Origin: Azolla caroliniana
Taxonomy: Eukaryota; Plantae; Polypodiophyta
Reading direction: 5' to 3'
Assembly: GCA_043228905.1 (NCBI GenBank)
Contig: JBHGNT010000283.1
Location: forward strand, 1-39,624
Length of the DNA stretch: 39,624 nt
The notes below the pieces were generated by a model. That model ran no database searches. It was not told the origin of the DNA and worked only from the letters and a program-made list of their open reading frames with translations. This document shows positions 1 through 12,234 of the stretch, piece by piece; position 1 is the first letter of the stretch; each line of letters begins with the position of its first letter. The position numbers and the translations under genes were made by a program.

Positions 1-1288
1 ATGGCTCGTCGATTTACTATCATTTGATTTATGTTTGAAGGTGTACAACCTTGTACAAAATGGTGGCATACTTTATAGGGAAGAACAGAATTAAGCTTGG
101 AAACATGAAGGTTGAAGCTAATTGGTGGAATGTAATTAATTCTTTTAGGGATGTCAAATGTGCTGGTTCTATGATTGTTAATCATTTGTTGACATCATGG
201 CAAAGTATGTTGGATTTTGTGGAATGGAATCCTCCACAAGAAAGGGGATGTGTCAATTCATTACAAATGGAGGTTTTGGCGACATCAAGGTTGTTGAGGT
301 GAGAAGGTAAACAAATTCTTAACCTTCAATTTAATCGGATGGCTAGATTGGGTTTAGTAACAATCCAGGATGTTATGTTGGTTTCACAAAGAAGATTAAT
401 GGCTTTCGAACAATAAGATCAACATTTCGTATTCCAAAAGGTTATACCTTTATTTGGGATAAGTTGCAAGAAATATTATCTTCGGATGAGCCAATTCATG
501 ATTTAGATGGGGGATCTCCAAAGCTTGATTGGAGGTTTGTTGGAAATACAAGATTGACTATATCTCAACAAATGTTGCTTATCACAAGTTGATTGACAAA
601 CATAAGTGGTTGGAAGAATGAGTTATAAAGATATGGGGTTTTTGTAAGCCCATTACTTCGTGGTTTCATGTGATTAAGGCATGTTGGTGTTCTAGATCAT
701 TGATGTTGTGAGCTAAGGTATTTATTTGGAGAGTTATAGTTGGATCTTTAACATTGGGGGATGCATTAAAAAAAGAAACATTACTAAAGGTTCGTGTTTC
801 TTTTGTTCAGTGGAATTGGAACATAGTGGGCATTTATTTCTTTCATGCCCGGTGGCAAGGATGGTTTAGATGTGTCTAACTAGAGTAAGTTTATCTTCCT
901 TCAGTTGAGTTTTGCCATATATGGAGGACAATGAACCAATGCCTCATTTTCAAATTATTTTTGAGTTCTTGAGGTATTGGGGGTTGTGGTTCAATTGGAA
1001 TATGCGGAATGCCTTCACTTTTGATTCACAAGTTGGGGTGAGAAAATATGTTCTAAAGTTAAAAGGACGTCTTTTGTGGCAATTGACAGTGCTAAAGAAG
1101 TCACGAAATCTCAACCATGAAGAGAGAGAAGTCTGCAAGGTCACAAATCATCATATTCGCCATTTGAATTAGTGGGCATTGAGTTTGGAGCCGTAGTAGT
1201 CTTTAGATCCTTAGATACAATGGTTCTATACTTTCTAGTAAGTTAGTCATGGTGGTGTTTTTTCTTTCATAATGAAAGCCCATTATTT
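1..1288 (+). mobile_element. 3' portion of a degenerate L1-type LINE (ORF2 C-terminus with zf-RVT, 3' UTR); runs off the window start
   Basis: Broken frames encode KVFIWRVIVGSL...CFFCSVELEHSGHLFLSC and FEFLRYWGLWFNWNMRNAFTFD. These are colinear with the 3' end of the LINE at 5540-6800. Ends in an (AG)n tract. Confidence 0.85.
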
Positions 1289-1355
1289 AGAGAGAGACAG
1301 AGAGGAGAGGAGAGAGAAAGAGGAAAAAAGCAAGAGTGGAGAGGGAAAGAAGAAG
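1289..1355. repeat. GA-rich degenerate microsatellite between the two LINEs
   Basis: agagagagacagagaggagaggagagagaaagagg... read directly. Confidence 0.8.
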
Positions 1356-1615
1356 CGAAATTGTTTTTATTGTTGCGCTCTCTATCAGAAACAGAATTGA
1401 CCATAAAGCCATGAGTTAGAAAGCCCTCGATTAGAGCTTTGTAACGAGATATAGCAAGTTAAATTTGGTGGTCTGTGTGAGTGATGATAGAAATAAGAAA
1501 TCTTGTGTTGTTGGCATCCACATACTCAACACATAGTGCGGGTCTTCTATTGTATTCATCATCATCGACCTCTTCAATCGGGTGAGTTCCAGTTATCTTT
1601 CTTGTTCATGGAAAA

Positions 1616-3126
1616 TTGTTTTTATCTTGGATCACTATCACATCAAGAATAATGGATATGAACATGAATTCCTCTCAAATTGTGGGGGACATCGATATGG
1701 ACACAATTGATCCAAAACAGAGTAATGTGATGGTTGATTGTAATAGTGAAAGGGAAGACATTGGAAGCTCTAAGAGGTTTAAGGGTATTAAGGAAATTTA
1801 TGAGAAAAATGTAACATATGCCGAAGTAATACATGTAAATGAGGTTGACAGGGATCATTGTAATTGGGATAATTTATGGGGAATTGCCAATACCTTGTTG
1901 TCTGATATTGTCAAAGAAAATAAAAATGCAGCGAAAGAATGCATTGATGAGGATGTGCATGATGTGGAAGTTAATGCTAAGGCATTGTTGCAATCTTTTG
2001 ATGTATTCTATGATCGTGCAGTTATATTGTTTTTTACTGGGAAACTCCCATACATTAATTGGATTAAACAATCATTCAACACAATCGTGTCACCAAATTG
2101 TGTTTAAAATATATATGCAGGACCACGGGGGTTTTATGATGTAGTGTTTCGTTCTCCAAAACATCGAAGTACATTGTTGGCTAAAGTTCATGTGTTTTTT
2201 GATAAACGATTGGTGCATGTAATGCAATGGTCCCCCGTTGTGGACTATCATGCTTTGTTAAAACAAGAATGCCCCGTTTGGGTAGTACTGGATTGTAAGC
2301 ATGCTTTTTTATGGCCACTTTTACCAGAGTTGATAAGTCAAATGGGTAAAGTGTTGGTATCTCCACATGAAAATGCTACAAATAAGTGTATATTTTGTGT
2401 GTTATGGGATACAAGTCATAAGAGGCCAGGATGGGTGCGTATGAACACACCTGGTATGAAAAGACTTTGTTTTAAATTGAAGTGGGAGACATTTGTAGGT
2501 CATTGTTTTGGATGTGGTGAATGGGGTCACTTTATGGCGGAATGCCATCGTCATTGTCCTTCAACTATAGAGGTTCCTAATGAAGGGAATGGTAAGGAAG
2601 GAGTTGGGAGAGATGTAGGTGTGTCAGATATTGTGGTTGTTATGGATGAAGGAACATCATCTAGAGGGGGTTATAAAGAGGTTTCACTTCAAGGTTTGGG
2701 CCCTAAGAATAAGGGATCTCAATCTATGGATATGGAAAAACAAATATTGGTGGTTATAGATAAGGGGAAAACCCGTTGGATAGAGCTAGTCATGATGTTG
2801 TTGTTGAAAAGGATTGGCATCAGGTTAAGGGCAAGTCGAAGGGGAAATCAATGAATATGCAATGTAATAGTTTGCCCACTACTTGTGAGACTATTTGGAA
2901 AGGTAATTTAGGAACTAGGGAGGGTCCTCGAAAAGTTCCTTGGCAAAGACAATTTAGGGATAAGGGATTACCCCTTCACCTTCAAAGACAATTTGATTCA
3001 TTGGGACGGGTTGTAAATTTATCGAATTCTCGAGGTTTTCATCAAGCAGGAGAACCTAAACAAAAGATTTCGATAGACGGCCCTAAGGATGTGGTGCATG
3101 AAAATCCATATGCAGCATTGGACTAG
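1616..3126 (+). pseudogene. LINE ORF1 (gag-like, CCHC zinc knuckle), disrupted
   Basis: Fragments 1616-2107, 2144-2854 and 2776-3126. Contains CFGCGEWGHFMAEC (CX2CX4HX4C) and the VHVMQWSP...CPVWV segment typical of plant L1 ORF1. Confidence 0.8.
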
Positions 3127-3182
3127 TTTCATGACATCGGTTGCTCTGAAGGAGCAAGTGCACCCATAACATTGTTGATTGA

Positions 3183-6100
3183 ATGAAAGTGGTAACATGG
3201 AATGTGAGAGGGGCATGTTCTCCTCATAAGAAGTATATATTATGGCAAACTTTGTTAAATAAAGAATGGGATGTATTATGTGCAGTTGAGCATAAGTGTC
3301 ATGAGTTACCAGGATCCACAGTTCATTTGCGTGGATATTCATCATTCTATGCAGGACATCTTAATAATCATTATTCATGTGTGGTATTAATCGTGCGGGA
3401 TAAATATTATCCTCAGGTGGTGCATAATGATCCTTATGGTCGGTTTTTGTTTCTCGAAATCACTTTTTTTGGCGAGGTTGTGTGAGTGTTTGGGATTTTT
3501 GCCCCTAACCAAGCCACTCAACGTATTGCATTATGGAGCTCACTTCGTCAAACCCTATGTGTTGGTCTTCTAGGATTACTTATGGGTGATTTTAACATGT
3601 GTGTTGATGCATCTCACTCAATCTACATCTGGACATTCAATCATGGATGATCCTAAGCAAGTTGCTTGGGATTCATTAGCTATGGAGGTTTTGAAGTTGG
3701 ATGTTTGGACATGGTTGCATGGGAATGATCCAGGTTTTACTTTCCAATTCTCTCAACATAGAATAACATAGAGTCGGTTAGATAGAATGTATGTGATGCA
3801 CAATGATTCTTTTTTACCAACATCACTTCGTATGACAATTTTACAAGATGTAGGAACTTCAGACCACTTTCCTATTTGTTTGGAGGTTTATGGTCATGCA
3901 ATTGACATGTATAAGTCTTTACTTGGAAAGCCTCCATTACGCTTTAACTTCTCTTTTGCCTCAACCTCACTTTGATTCTCTCATGGAGCAAATTTTGGTA
4001 ATTTTTTCACAAGAAGTGAATCTTAAAGGAGTTAAAGCATGGGAAATCACATTACGAAACATTAAGATCATTCATCGTATGTATGGAGTAACTAATGCTC
4101 AACAAAGAAGAGGTCTTCTTCGACAATTCTCACAAGTTCTCTCCAACTGTAATGCATTATTGATACATGCACCATTAGATGAGGAGATTTTGGATATCCA
4201 AAGTCAATTGCATGTTATTATTTCTTAGTTGCAATGCCAAAGTTATCGTTATGCGAAGATGCGACAATTGAGGGATGGACTCATAAATAATCAATGTCAA
4301 TCTCATTTGTTTTTCCAAACGTTACATCCTACTTATACTCGATCTAATGTGGTACATGTGAAGCAAGGGGATGAATGGATAGTGGATCCTACTACAATAA
4401 TTGACATATGTCTTCATTACTTTAAGGAGTTGATTGGCCCACAATTGTTAATGAGTTCCAAATGTGGCATCTCCAGAGTCATTTCATCAATGGAGACCTA
4501 TTTCTTTGATGGGAGGGTTGTATAAGATATTTACAAAAGTCTTGGCGAATAGATTACAAAAGTATTTGTCAAAGTTGATACATCCCACCCAATATGGTTT
4601 TATTGCAGGTAGGAATATACTGCATAATGTGTTGAATGTTCAAATGGCCATGGATTATGCTCGAAACACTCATCAAGAATTGATTATGGTGCAATTAGAT
4701 TTGGAGAAAGCTTATGATCATGTTAATAGGTCCTTTATTTTTGGGTTAATGCATACAATAGGCTTTGGACCTCTTATGTCTCGCCTCATATTTTTATTAG
4801 GACAAGATGCGGTGTCTCGAGTAATGCTTAATGGCGGAGTTACATCAGATATTGCCCTCACAAGATACGTTCATCAAGGATGCCCTATTAGTCCATTGTT
4901 GTTTGCTATTGTTACTCATCCCTTGTTAGTGATGCTATCCAGACTTGCAACAAATAGTGATATTATGTGTCTACACCTTCCGTCTAGAGGGCAACTAGTA
5001 GCACAAGCTTTGGCTGATGATTCTTTCATGTTTCTACAAGCCTCACGAGAGAATCTTGAGAAGGGGATGCTTGTATGGAACCAATTTGCATTGGCTTCCG
5101 GATTACATATTAATTGGAGGAAGTCTAGTCTCATATCATGTACTGAAAGGGATTTGGAATGTTTAGGAAGGCAAGGATCCGTGGTGAAGAAAGACTCTAT
5201 TTTTTGACACTTGGGCTATCCATTAGGAATGAATGTTACAAATGGTTAATTGATTGAATGGATGTCTAGTAAGTTGAGGGATAAGTTCATGTATTGGAAG
5301 TCACAATCTTGGTCATTTCATGTACGCTTGAAGGTTGTATAATGTATTATGGAACCCATGATATTATATTGCTTGCCATTGTTGCCATGGACAAAGAAGG
5401 CTTTACATTCTATTTTGCAACCTCTTCGATATTTGTTGTGGAAGAAGAGGGATAAGATGGGAATCACTTGGGTTGCATGGAATCATCTAGCAACCCCTAA
5501 GCGCTTGGGGGGAGCTGGAATATTGAACTTATCTAAGCATATGATGGCTCGTAGATTTTCATTATTACAATATATGTGTTCAAACTCAACCATAGATATC
5601 TATTGTTCAATATTTCATTGAGAACAAGGGTTTAACACATAGGAGGACAACGATTAAGGCTTCATGGTGGCAATTATTGAATGGATGTATTTCACTTAGG
5701 ATTTCGGGCTTTACATGTGTCAACACTTGGTTACCTCATGTCAAGAAACACTCTTGTTATGTGTATGGAAACCATCATCTAGTAGAGAGCATTGTAATTC
5801 TTTGCAAAAAGACTAGCTTTTGTCTTCTCTGATATTATGTTGGCCAAGAAATGAGAGATTGCGCTCTCAATTTAATCTTTTATTTCGTTAGGGGGTCAAA
5901 GAGGTGAGAGATATAGTTGAGGCTCCATCTCAAAGAATTTTGGAGTTTGCTGAAGTGCGACAATTATTGCACATTCCACCTAATTATGGGTTTATTTGGC
6001 AGCAACTACAAAATATTACATTGATGCAAGGTGCCTTACCTCTACAAACAAGAGAACAATCGTGGCTTGATTGGTGTTTAAAGGGTCAAACATCATTGTT

Positions 6101-6630
6101 ACAAGTGACTACTAATCTTTTGTATCATTGCTCTGTTGAGTCTCTTGGATGGTTATCATGTAAGGTTGAAGAAGAATGGAGATTACACAAATCTGATCAT
6201 GGGTGGTGATAGATCTTACAACGTAGTTGACATTCTAAATTGCCACTTGTAGCAAAGGTCTTCATTTGGAGAGTTTTGATTGGAGGTTTGCCTTTGGGAT
6301 TAGCTCTAAAGCGTCGTGGATTAGCAATGAGTAATTGTTTCTTTTGCACTTTTCAAATGGAAGATAGTACTCATCAATTTATACAATGTCCGATTGCTTA
6401 TCAGATTTGGAGTTACATTTCTTAAATTTGGCAAGTTTTATCATGGTGTTATTTGACACCTAGACAATGGGTGTTTGCACAATTTACACAAGTTGAGCCA
6501 AAATCAGAGATGGAGATCGTTTTTCGATTTCTAAGATATTGGGGATTGCGTCATAATTGGAATATACGCAACGCTTTTGTATTCGACGGTAGACATGGAG
6601 TGAAAGCATATCTACGAAAGTTGGAGTACT
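3183..6630 (+). pseudogene. LINE ORF2 (APE endonuclease - reverse transcriptase - zf-RVT), disrupted
   Basis: Endonuclease motifs MKVVTWNVRG, MGDFN, RLDRMY, SDHFPI. RT motifs WRPISLMGGLYKIFTKVLANRL, LDLEKAYD, QGCPISPLLF, LADDS. PKRLGGAG. zf-RVT KVFIWRVL...CFFC...HQFIQC. Confidence 0.92.
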
Positions 6631-6827
6631 AATATGGCAATTTTCTTTATTGGAGCAACTGGAAATTCTTTCCTCGATGGAGTGTTCGTCTTGCCTATTG
6701 GCAATTCAACATATTCCACTACCCATGTAGTGTAGTGTAGTTAGTGGGTGAGCATACTCCATTGTCACACCTATTGTAAGTAGTGTTTTTTACACACATT
6801 TATTAATATAATTGTGTATTTTCACCA

Positions 6828-6850
6828 AGAGAGAGAGAGAGAGAGAGAGA
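6828..6850. repeat. (AG)n microsatellite forming the LINE 3' tail or target site
   Basis: About 11 perfect AG units directly after the LINE 3' UTR. Confidence 0.9.
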
Positions 6851-6861
6851 TGATAATTCAT

Positions 6862-7076
6862 TCCCAGATGGATGTAGCTTAGTTGGTAAGGTTGCCCAAT
6901 TGAGACCGTGGTCATGGGTTGAACCCCTACATTCCACAATGGCATCTAGTGAATTAAGAGATATGTATGGAGTATATAATAGAGAGGTGAGTAAAATTGG
7001 GTTTCAAACCCAAGACATAGTGGCTTGTAGTATAACAACTTACTAATAGGGTAAAAGCTAATTACAAGAAAAAAAA
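6862..7076 (+). mobile_element. tRNA-derived SINE (~215 bp)
   Basis: A-box TAGCTTAGTTGG and B-box-like GGTTGAACCC at tRNA spacing. A-rich tail 7069-7077. Flanked by a 12-bp direct repeat ATGATAATTCAT (6850-6861 and 7077-7088). Confidence 0.75.
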
Positions 7077-7598
7077 ATGATAATTCATCAACATAGAGAG
7101 GTTAAGGTAGAAAGAAACAAACTCTTTAAACTTAATGTGTTAGTGATTTGTTTATGTCATCACCTCACATTTACTTTTTGAAGGTTTTTGCTTCTTTTTT
7201 ATTCCCAACAATTGAAAATGAATAACATGAGTAATTACATTGAGGAGATGCCAAGTTTTTAGCCACCCTTAAATATATATTTTTGTGTACATGTATCTGG
7301 CAAGTATATTTATTATTAAAATATTTCATCACTCCAAATATAATGTACTAACTAGCATTGAGTACATTAAAACTCAAGTGTTCTTAGGAAGATTAAAGTG
7401 TAAGAAGGAAACAAATGGAGTATGTGATTGAGGACCATATCTCCATGATCATTTGTATTTGTCTATTTTAATCATAATATAGTTAAATCCAATTGTCACA
7501 CTAATGATGCCCATAGAATATGGCTTTCCATGATGCACTCTATATGACAAGGGTACCTTATTTTTTTGTTCACTAGAGACATGCCTTGTAGTTTGTAG

Positions 7599-9209
7599 GA
7601 GGGATCGGCAACGGCTCGGCCCAAGCCTAAACCATTTTGCTAAACTGGTTTTAAATGGCTTAACGGCTAGGTTCGGCTTAGGCTCGAACCTGCCTAAACG
7701 GTTTGAGCTCATGTCGACTTGGCTTGAGCCTTGCCAAACCGGTTAAGTTGTTTGTGCGATTTAATAATTAGGTTAGAGTCTTAGAGAATAAAAACTTAAA
7801 GGGTTAGAAATTATACGGTTACGAACTTAGAAGTAACAATCGACAATGGTTCAGTTTGGTTTGAGAGGGTCAAAACCCTATTGGTTTGGAACCGAACCCT
7901 TTAAATATTTTTAAACTGGAACCGAACCAAACCGAAATGTTTAAATATTTTAAAATTTGAACCAAACCAAACCAAGCCGTTTAAATATTTTAAAACTTGA
8001 ACCGAACCGAACCATGAAACCATTAAACCGAATCGTTAAACCTTTTTCAAACCGTTAAAACCGCGGTTTCATGGTTCGGTTTCGGTTTTTTCAACTTAGG
8101 TCAAATTTAAAAAACCTAAACCCAAACCAAACCAATTTAAAAAACCTAAACCCGAACTGAACCAAATAGTTAAAAACCATTAAGTCGCATTCCACGGTTT
8201 TGTTCGGTTCGGTTCGGTTCAAACCGAACCGTTTCCTACACGCCTTCAGGTAATCACTGACATGGCTTTATGAAAGCATTCTGTATATCCAAATTTGTGA
8301 TGGTGGTGCTCTATCGTTGGAGTGATACGATATATTTGGCACACAAATTATTGTCATAATTATATCTGGTCGTCATCTGAATTCTCTGAGCGAGAGCAGG
8401 CACACAAATGATTCTCTCCTAGCAGAAATGGTGGACAAAGAATTGATGGATGCATTTCATATCTCTCAAGAGAGCCTCTGGCAATGCTGTTTTCAGTTCT
8501 AGCAAGAAGAATTCCAAGCATCTTTGGCCCATGAAGTCCATAATGATTTATAATGAATGGTTCAAAACCTTCTCTGAAAAGGATAAAGGAAGTAGGAGAC
8601 ATGAAGGCAGAAACATATGTGGTCTTCCTCTGTCTCAAAACTCTACAGAGAACATAATCAAAAGACAGGCTTTTTGGCCTTTTGTTTGTAGGCCATCATA
8701 GCTTCCAATCTCTAACTTAGAACTCATAATGAGCAGCATACCTATCAATACCTTATGGGGAATTTATTAGATCTGCCCTATCAATACCTCATACAACATG
8801 AGAGAGTTGAGCATCCATTGTTGTCGAGGTGAATGACGAATCAATGCGACGAATGCATATGAATTTACTCTTGCAATGCATGTCCAAGGTGATCCATCTG
8901 TGTTCCTTATCCAGCCTTAATAATAGTATGTCTCCTTCTATTGCTAATTTGTTTCTGTGAGCTAAATGCTCATTTTAATTTGAAAAAAGAATGGAGTATC
9001 TCTGTAAAAAATTGCACAATTGGTGAGTTATGGGTGTGCATGTTTCGATCACGAACTGGAATATATTTCTATGAATCAGCACACCATGGATGAAACATTA
9101 TGCTTCGGTTTGGTTTGGTTTGAGAACCCAGAAACAGTTTACGCTTAATTGGTTTGGCTTGGACAAGGCCAAACTGGTTAAGCCTAAACCGAACCGTTGC
9201 CGATTCCTA
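7599..9209. mobile_element. Non-autonomous hAT-family DNA transposon
   Basis: Termini (G)AGGGATCGGCAACGG ... CCGTTGCCGATTCCTA, the same TIR as the element at 27999-34853. Dense subterminal AACCG/CGGTT motifs at 7600-8235 and 9100-9200. No clean TSD recognised. Confidence 0.75.
8330..8960 (-). pseudogene. Highly degraded hAT transposase remnant
   Basis: Minus-strand translation TDGSPWTCIARVNSYAFVALIRH...QWML resembles the hAT catalytic-domain start TTDxWTS..sYm.vTaH...W.L. It lies between hAT TIRs. Confidence 0.45.
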
Positions 9210-9508
9210 CATGCTTGTACATCATTTTTGTATCTTTATACAAAACACATTTCACACAGAATTATATTATTTGAAATATTAAGCGAAGAAAATAAATGCA
9301 TAATTAAAGATTAAATGTGTGTTTCTTTTCTACTTTGAATCTGTGTCTCTTCATTTTAAGGTATAGCTAGAATTCTGCTTATGATTCATTATCTTAACAA
9401 AAAAAATTAAAATCCCGCATTTCGCTAATTAGTTGCCCAACCTTGGCAAATGAAAAGAGTTGGAATGAAGTCTTGTAAATGAAATTTTGAGAAGGAATAA
9501 GTTTTTAC

Positions 9509-11510
9509 TCAATGGAGAAAAGGAATGGCTCTTGTCAACAATGATACAAACATCATGCCATACATGATAGTGACCACCGAAAACCTATGAGCCATAACCG
9601 TGGCCTTGTTAACTGGTGCAGATAGAGATGGAGATCCTGTGTCAGGATGCCAAACAAAGGAATTAAGCATGTTATTTGAAGATCTAGTGCATAAATCCAT
9701 AAATCCTATGGCTAAGATTAAAACATTTGCAGAAAATGCAATCGAACAAATCATCAACAATAACAATTCATTAAAGTCAATGAATGTAATATTATTCACC
9801 TAAAGAATTAGCTTTATTTTCCATTTCGTAAATTTTGTTTATGAAAGTGCATTGGTACATCACATGGGAAATTGTGTAGTCACCAATTTGGTTGAGAAAT
9901 AATCAATTCCATTACGTATTGTGTTCTCTAATAATTTGATGAACATTTCAAAAGCCATACTGAATGCCAAAACATGGCTAATGAGGTTGATTTCCATATT
10001 AACACATTGAAGAAAGTCAATATCCCATCAAAGACACAATAATTTGATGTTAACTAATAGCTTGATAATAAGATGGAAACAACTTCAATATGATTTTATG
10101 TACAAGATAATATGTAAGGTAAACATTGAAAATCTTGAATATAATACAATGTGTTACTTTACCCTATTTACTTTTTCATTATAGCTAGCTTTGGTGGACA
10201 AAGTGGTGTAGAAAATACAAGCATGTGCACATGTAATGAACTCGTTGTACAAATTGCAAAATCTCGATAAACAAATGGTTTTGTATTTCATGACTTAGTG
10301 AAATATATAAGGAAGCGCAATCTAATTGTTTAAATATTGAGCTAAAGTTGGTACTATTTCAATTGAAGATCTTTAAAACCATTAATGCTATAAGTCATAT
10401 AAGATTGCTCTATAACAAATCCATCTTAAGAACAAGTGTAAATATTAATCAAAGGGAGCAATAGAATGGTGTGAAAACTATGGGGATGATGATTTTTTGG
10501 AAAAAAAAGAAGAAAACTCTGGGGATGATGAGTCATAGAGATGTCATTGTGGGCACTAATTGTGATGTATCAAAATGAAATATTAGGATTAATTAGCTAA
10601 AAACGACCTATGTTAGCATGCATGTAAATCATTAACATTGCTCCTACACTTAATCATAACTTAAACTATTTGAACATTTTATATTAGGTTATATGTGGAA
10701 TGCATTAAAAATACTTTATTTAAACGCACAAAATATATCATATGATACCAACGTGAAAACGATAGAAGTTGTACATGTCTACTTTTTATTATACTCATCT
10801 ATGAAAACGATAGAGATTGGTGCTAATTAAATTAATTATATGCCATGGATATGTTAATTATCATTGTGATTAGTACTAGTAATAGCAACATTGGCCTTGC
10901 CACCCATGTCTAACCATAATGTTGATTATATACAATTGGTACTCCTTGCAATGCTAGTTATTATATATAATATTGTTAATCACAATGTTCTAGTGATTGT
11001 TGGTAGACCAAATAATGGCTAATGGCTATAGTTTATAATTAGCATTATTCGCGATCTATTATGATCTTCTATAAGCAAACATATCATTGTGATAAGCAAG
11101 AAAAGAGGGATGGGTATATCATGTGTTTTATTTAGATTTAAGATGACATTAGAAAGAAAGAGTGATTGGGGGAGCATACCAGTTGGGACGTTATTTGAGG
11201 GAGAGGGGGCAGTGATGGAACAAAGGATGTTGAGCTCATTGGCTCGACTTAGGTTGACATTTGGAATCTCGAGGGATAAATTGCGAAGTGTAGAAAGGCA
11301 TTCGGGATAGGCATTCACATATGCTGCGAGTGGCTTGCAACACTCGGGCCCTACCACCGAATCATTACCTATTTTCACATATGGGAAACATGTGTACAAG
11401 CTTGAGCTTTCTCCAATGCAAGAAGATGAGGTTCCTTGTGCCTCCACGCTCATCACTAACACAACAATAGATATAATCATCAATTGCACTAATACAATTG
11501 CTAACCCCAT
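9509..11510 (-). CDS. GPI-anchored non-specific lipid transfer protein (LTPG / xylogen-like); exon 1 11510-11180, exon 2 9636-9509; 152 aa predicted
   Basis: Signal peptide MGLAIVLVQLMIISIVVLVMSVEAQ. Cys pattern C-x9-C-x14-CC-x12-C...C and a Pro/Ser linker. Donor G|GTATGC at 11180/11179 and acceptor ACAG|GA at 9637/9636 join in phase to a hydrophobic C-terminal GPI-like tail (VVTIMYGMMFVSLL). A small extra exon in the intron cannot be excluded. Confidence 0.85.
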
Positions 11511-11522
11511 TGCTTCTTTCTT

Positions 11523-11543
11523 TGTGTGTGTGTGTGTGTGTGT
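11523..11543. repeat. (TG)n microsatellite in the LTP 5' UTR region
   Basis: About 10 TG units, 12 bp upstream of the ATG. Confidence 0.9.
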
Positions 11544-11712
11544 CTCCCTCCCTTCCCTTTCTACTCAAGTTCACAAAAAGCACTCTTCTTCACTCCGCTC
11601 CCCCTTTTCACTTTTCTGTTCCTCACCACACATTTTTTAAAGACTAGTTCAATCTTCTTTACAAACCCTCTCCCTATGAAAAAACATTCAAACCCTATAT
11701 ATATTTTGATTG

Positions 11713-11714
<2 letters not shown>

Positions 11715-11751
<37 letters not shown>
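11715..11751. repeat. (CT)n microsatellite
   Basis: About 18 perfect CT units. Confidence 0.95.
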
Positions 11752-11753
<2 letters not shown>

Positions 11754-12171
11754 GCACAAGGGTAGACACCCAACATGCTTAAGTCTACATACTACTAACG
11801 AATGCTCGGCCCGACATGGGAACAAAATAAGACACACACTCCACAAGTAGATAAAAGACATCGACGGGATCATCAAAAGTTTGGTGGAAACTTCTTGGGT
11901 ATAATTGCATAACAGGATGGCTCAACCTTGTCCAATACAGGTTTTTTGTGTTCTTTTTTCTAAGGATCCTCTCTCAAAGAAAAACTATAGTAAGGATGAA
12001 GTGTGAAGAATCATATATTCAATTTCTTTATTTAACAAAAACAATTGCCTTTGAACAATTTTTATTACAATGAGTCATTCCAACATTAAAGGATTGGTAA
12101 GTTTTTTACAATATTAATGAAAAATATGTTTGTCAAAACATCCCTCTATACAAGAGTATTTCCAACACATG

Positions 12172-12221
<50 letters not shown>

Positions 12222-12234
12222 CTCTCTCTCTCTC
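12172..12234. repeat. (CT)n microsatellite, interrupted
   Basis: Long CT run with two interruptions. Confidence 0.95.

Larger units (their letters stand above)
1356..6827 (+). mobile_element. Near full-length degenerate L1-clade LINE retrotransposon (5' boundary approximate)
   Basis: ORF1 with zinc knuckle, then ORF2 with APE endonuclease, RT and zf-RVT in canonical order. Many stops and frameshifts. Ends at (AG)n 6828-6850. Confidence 0.9.

Noticed and set aside
6869-6937. Functional tRNA genes here and at 26365-26437, 26675-26733 and 26813-26871
   Set aside because: A/B boxes are present but acceptor and anticodon arms do not fold canonically; treated as tRNA-derived mobile sequence.
11019-11179. 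C-terminal ~53 codons of the 163-aa ORF-track protein
   Set aside because: Read-through into an AT-rich intron after a good donor site; the exon at 9636-9509 supplies the expected GPI tail.
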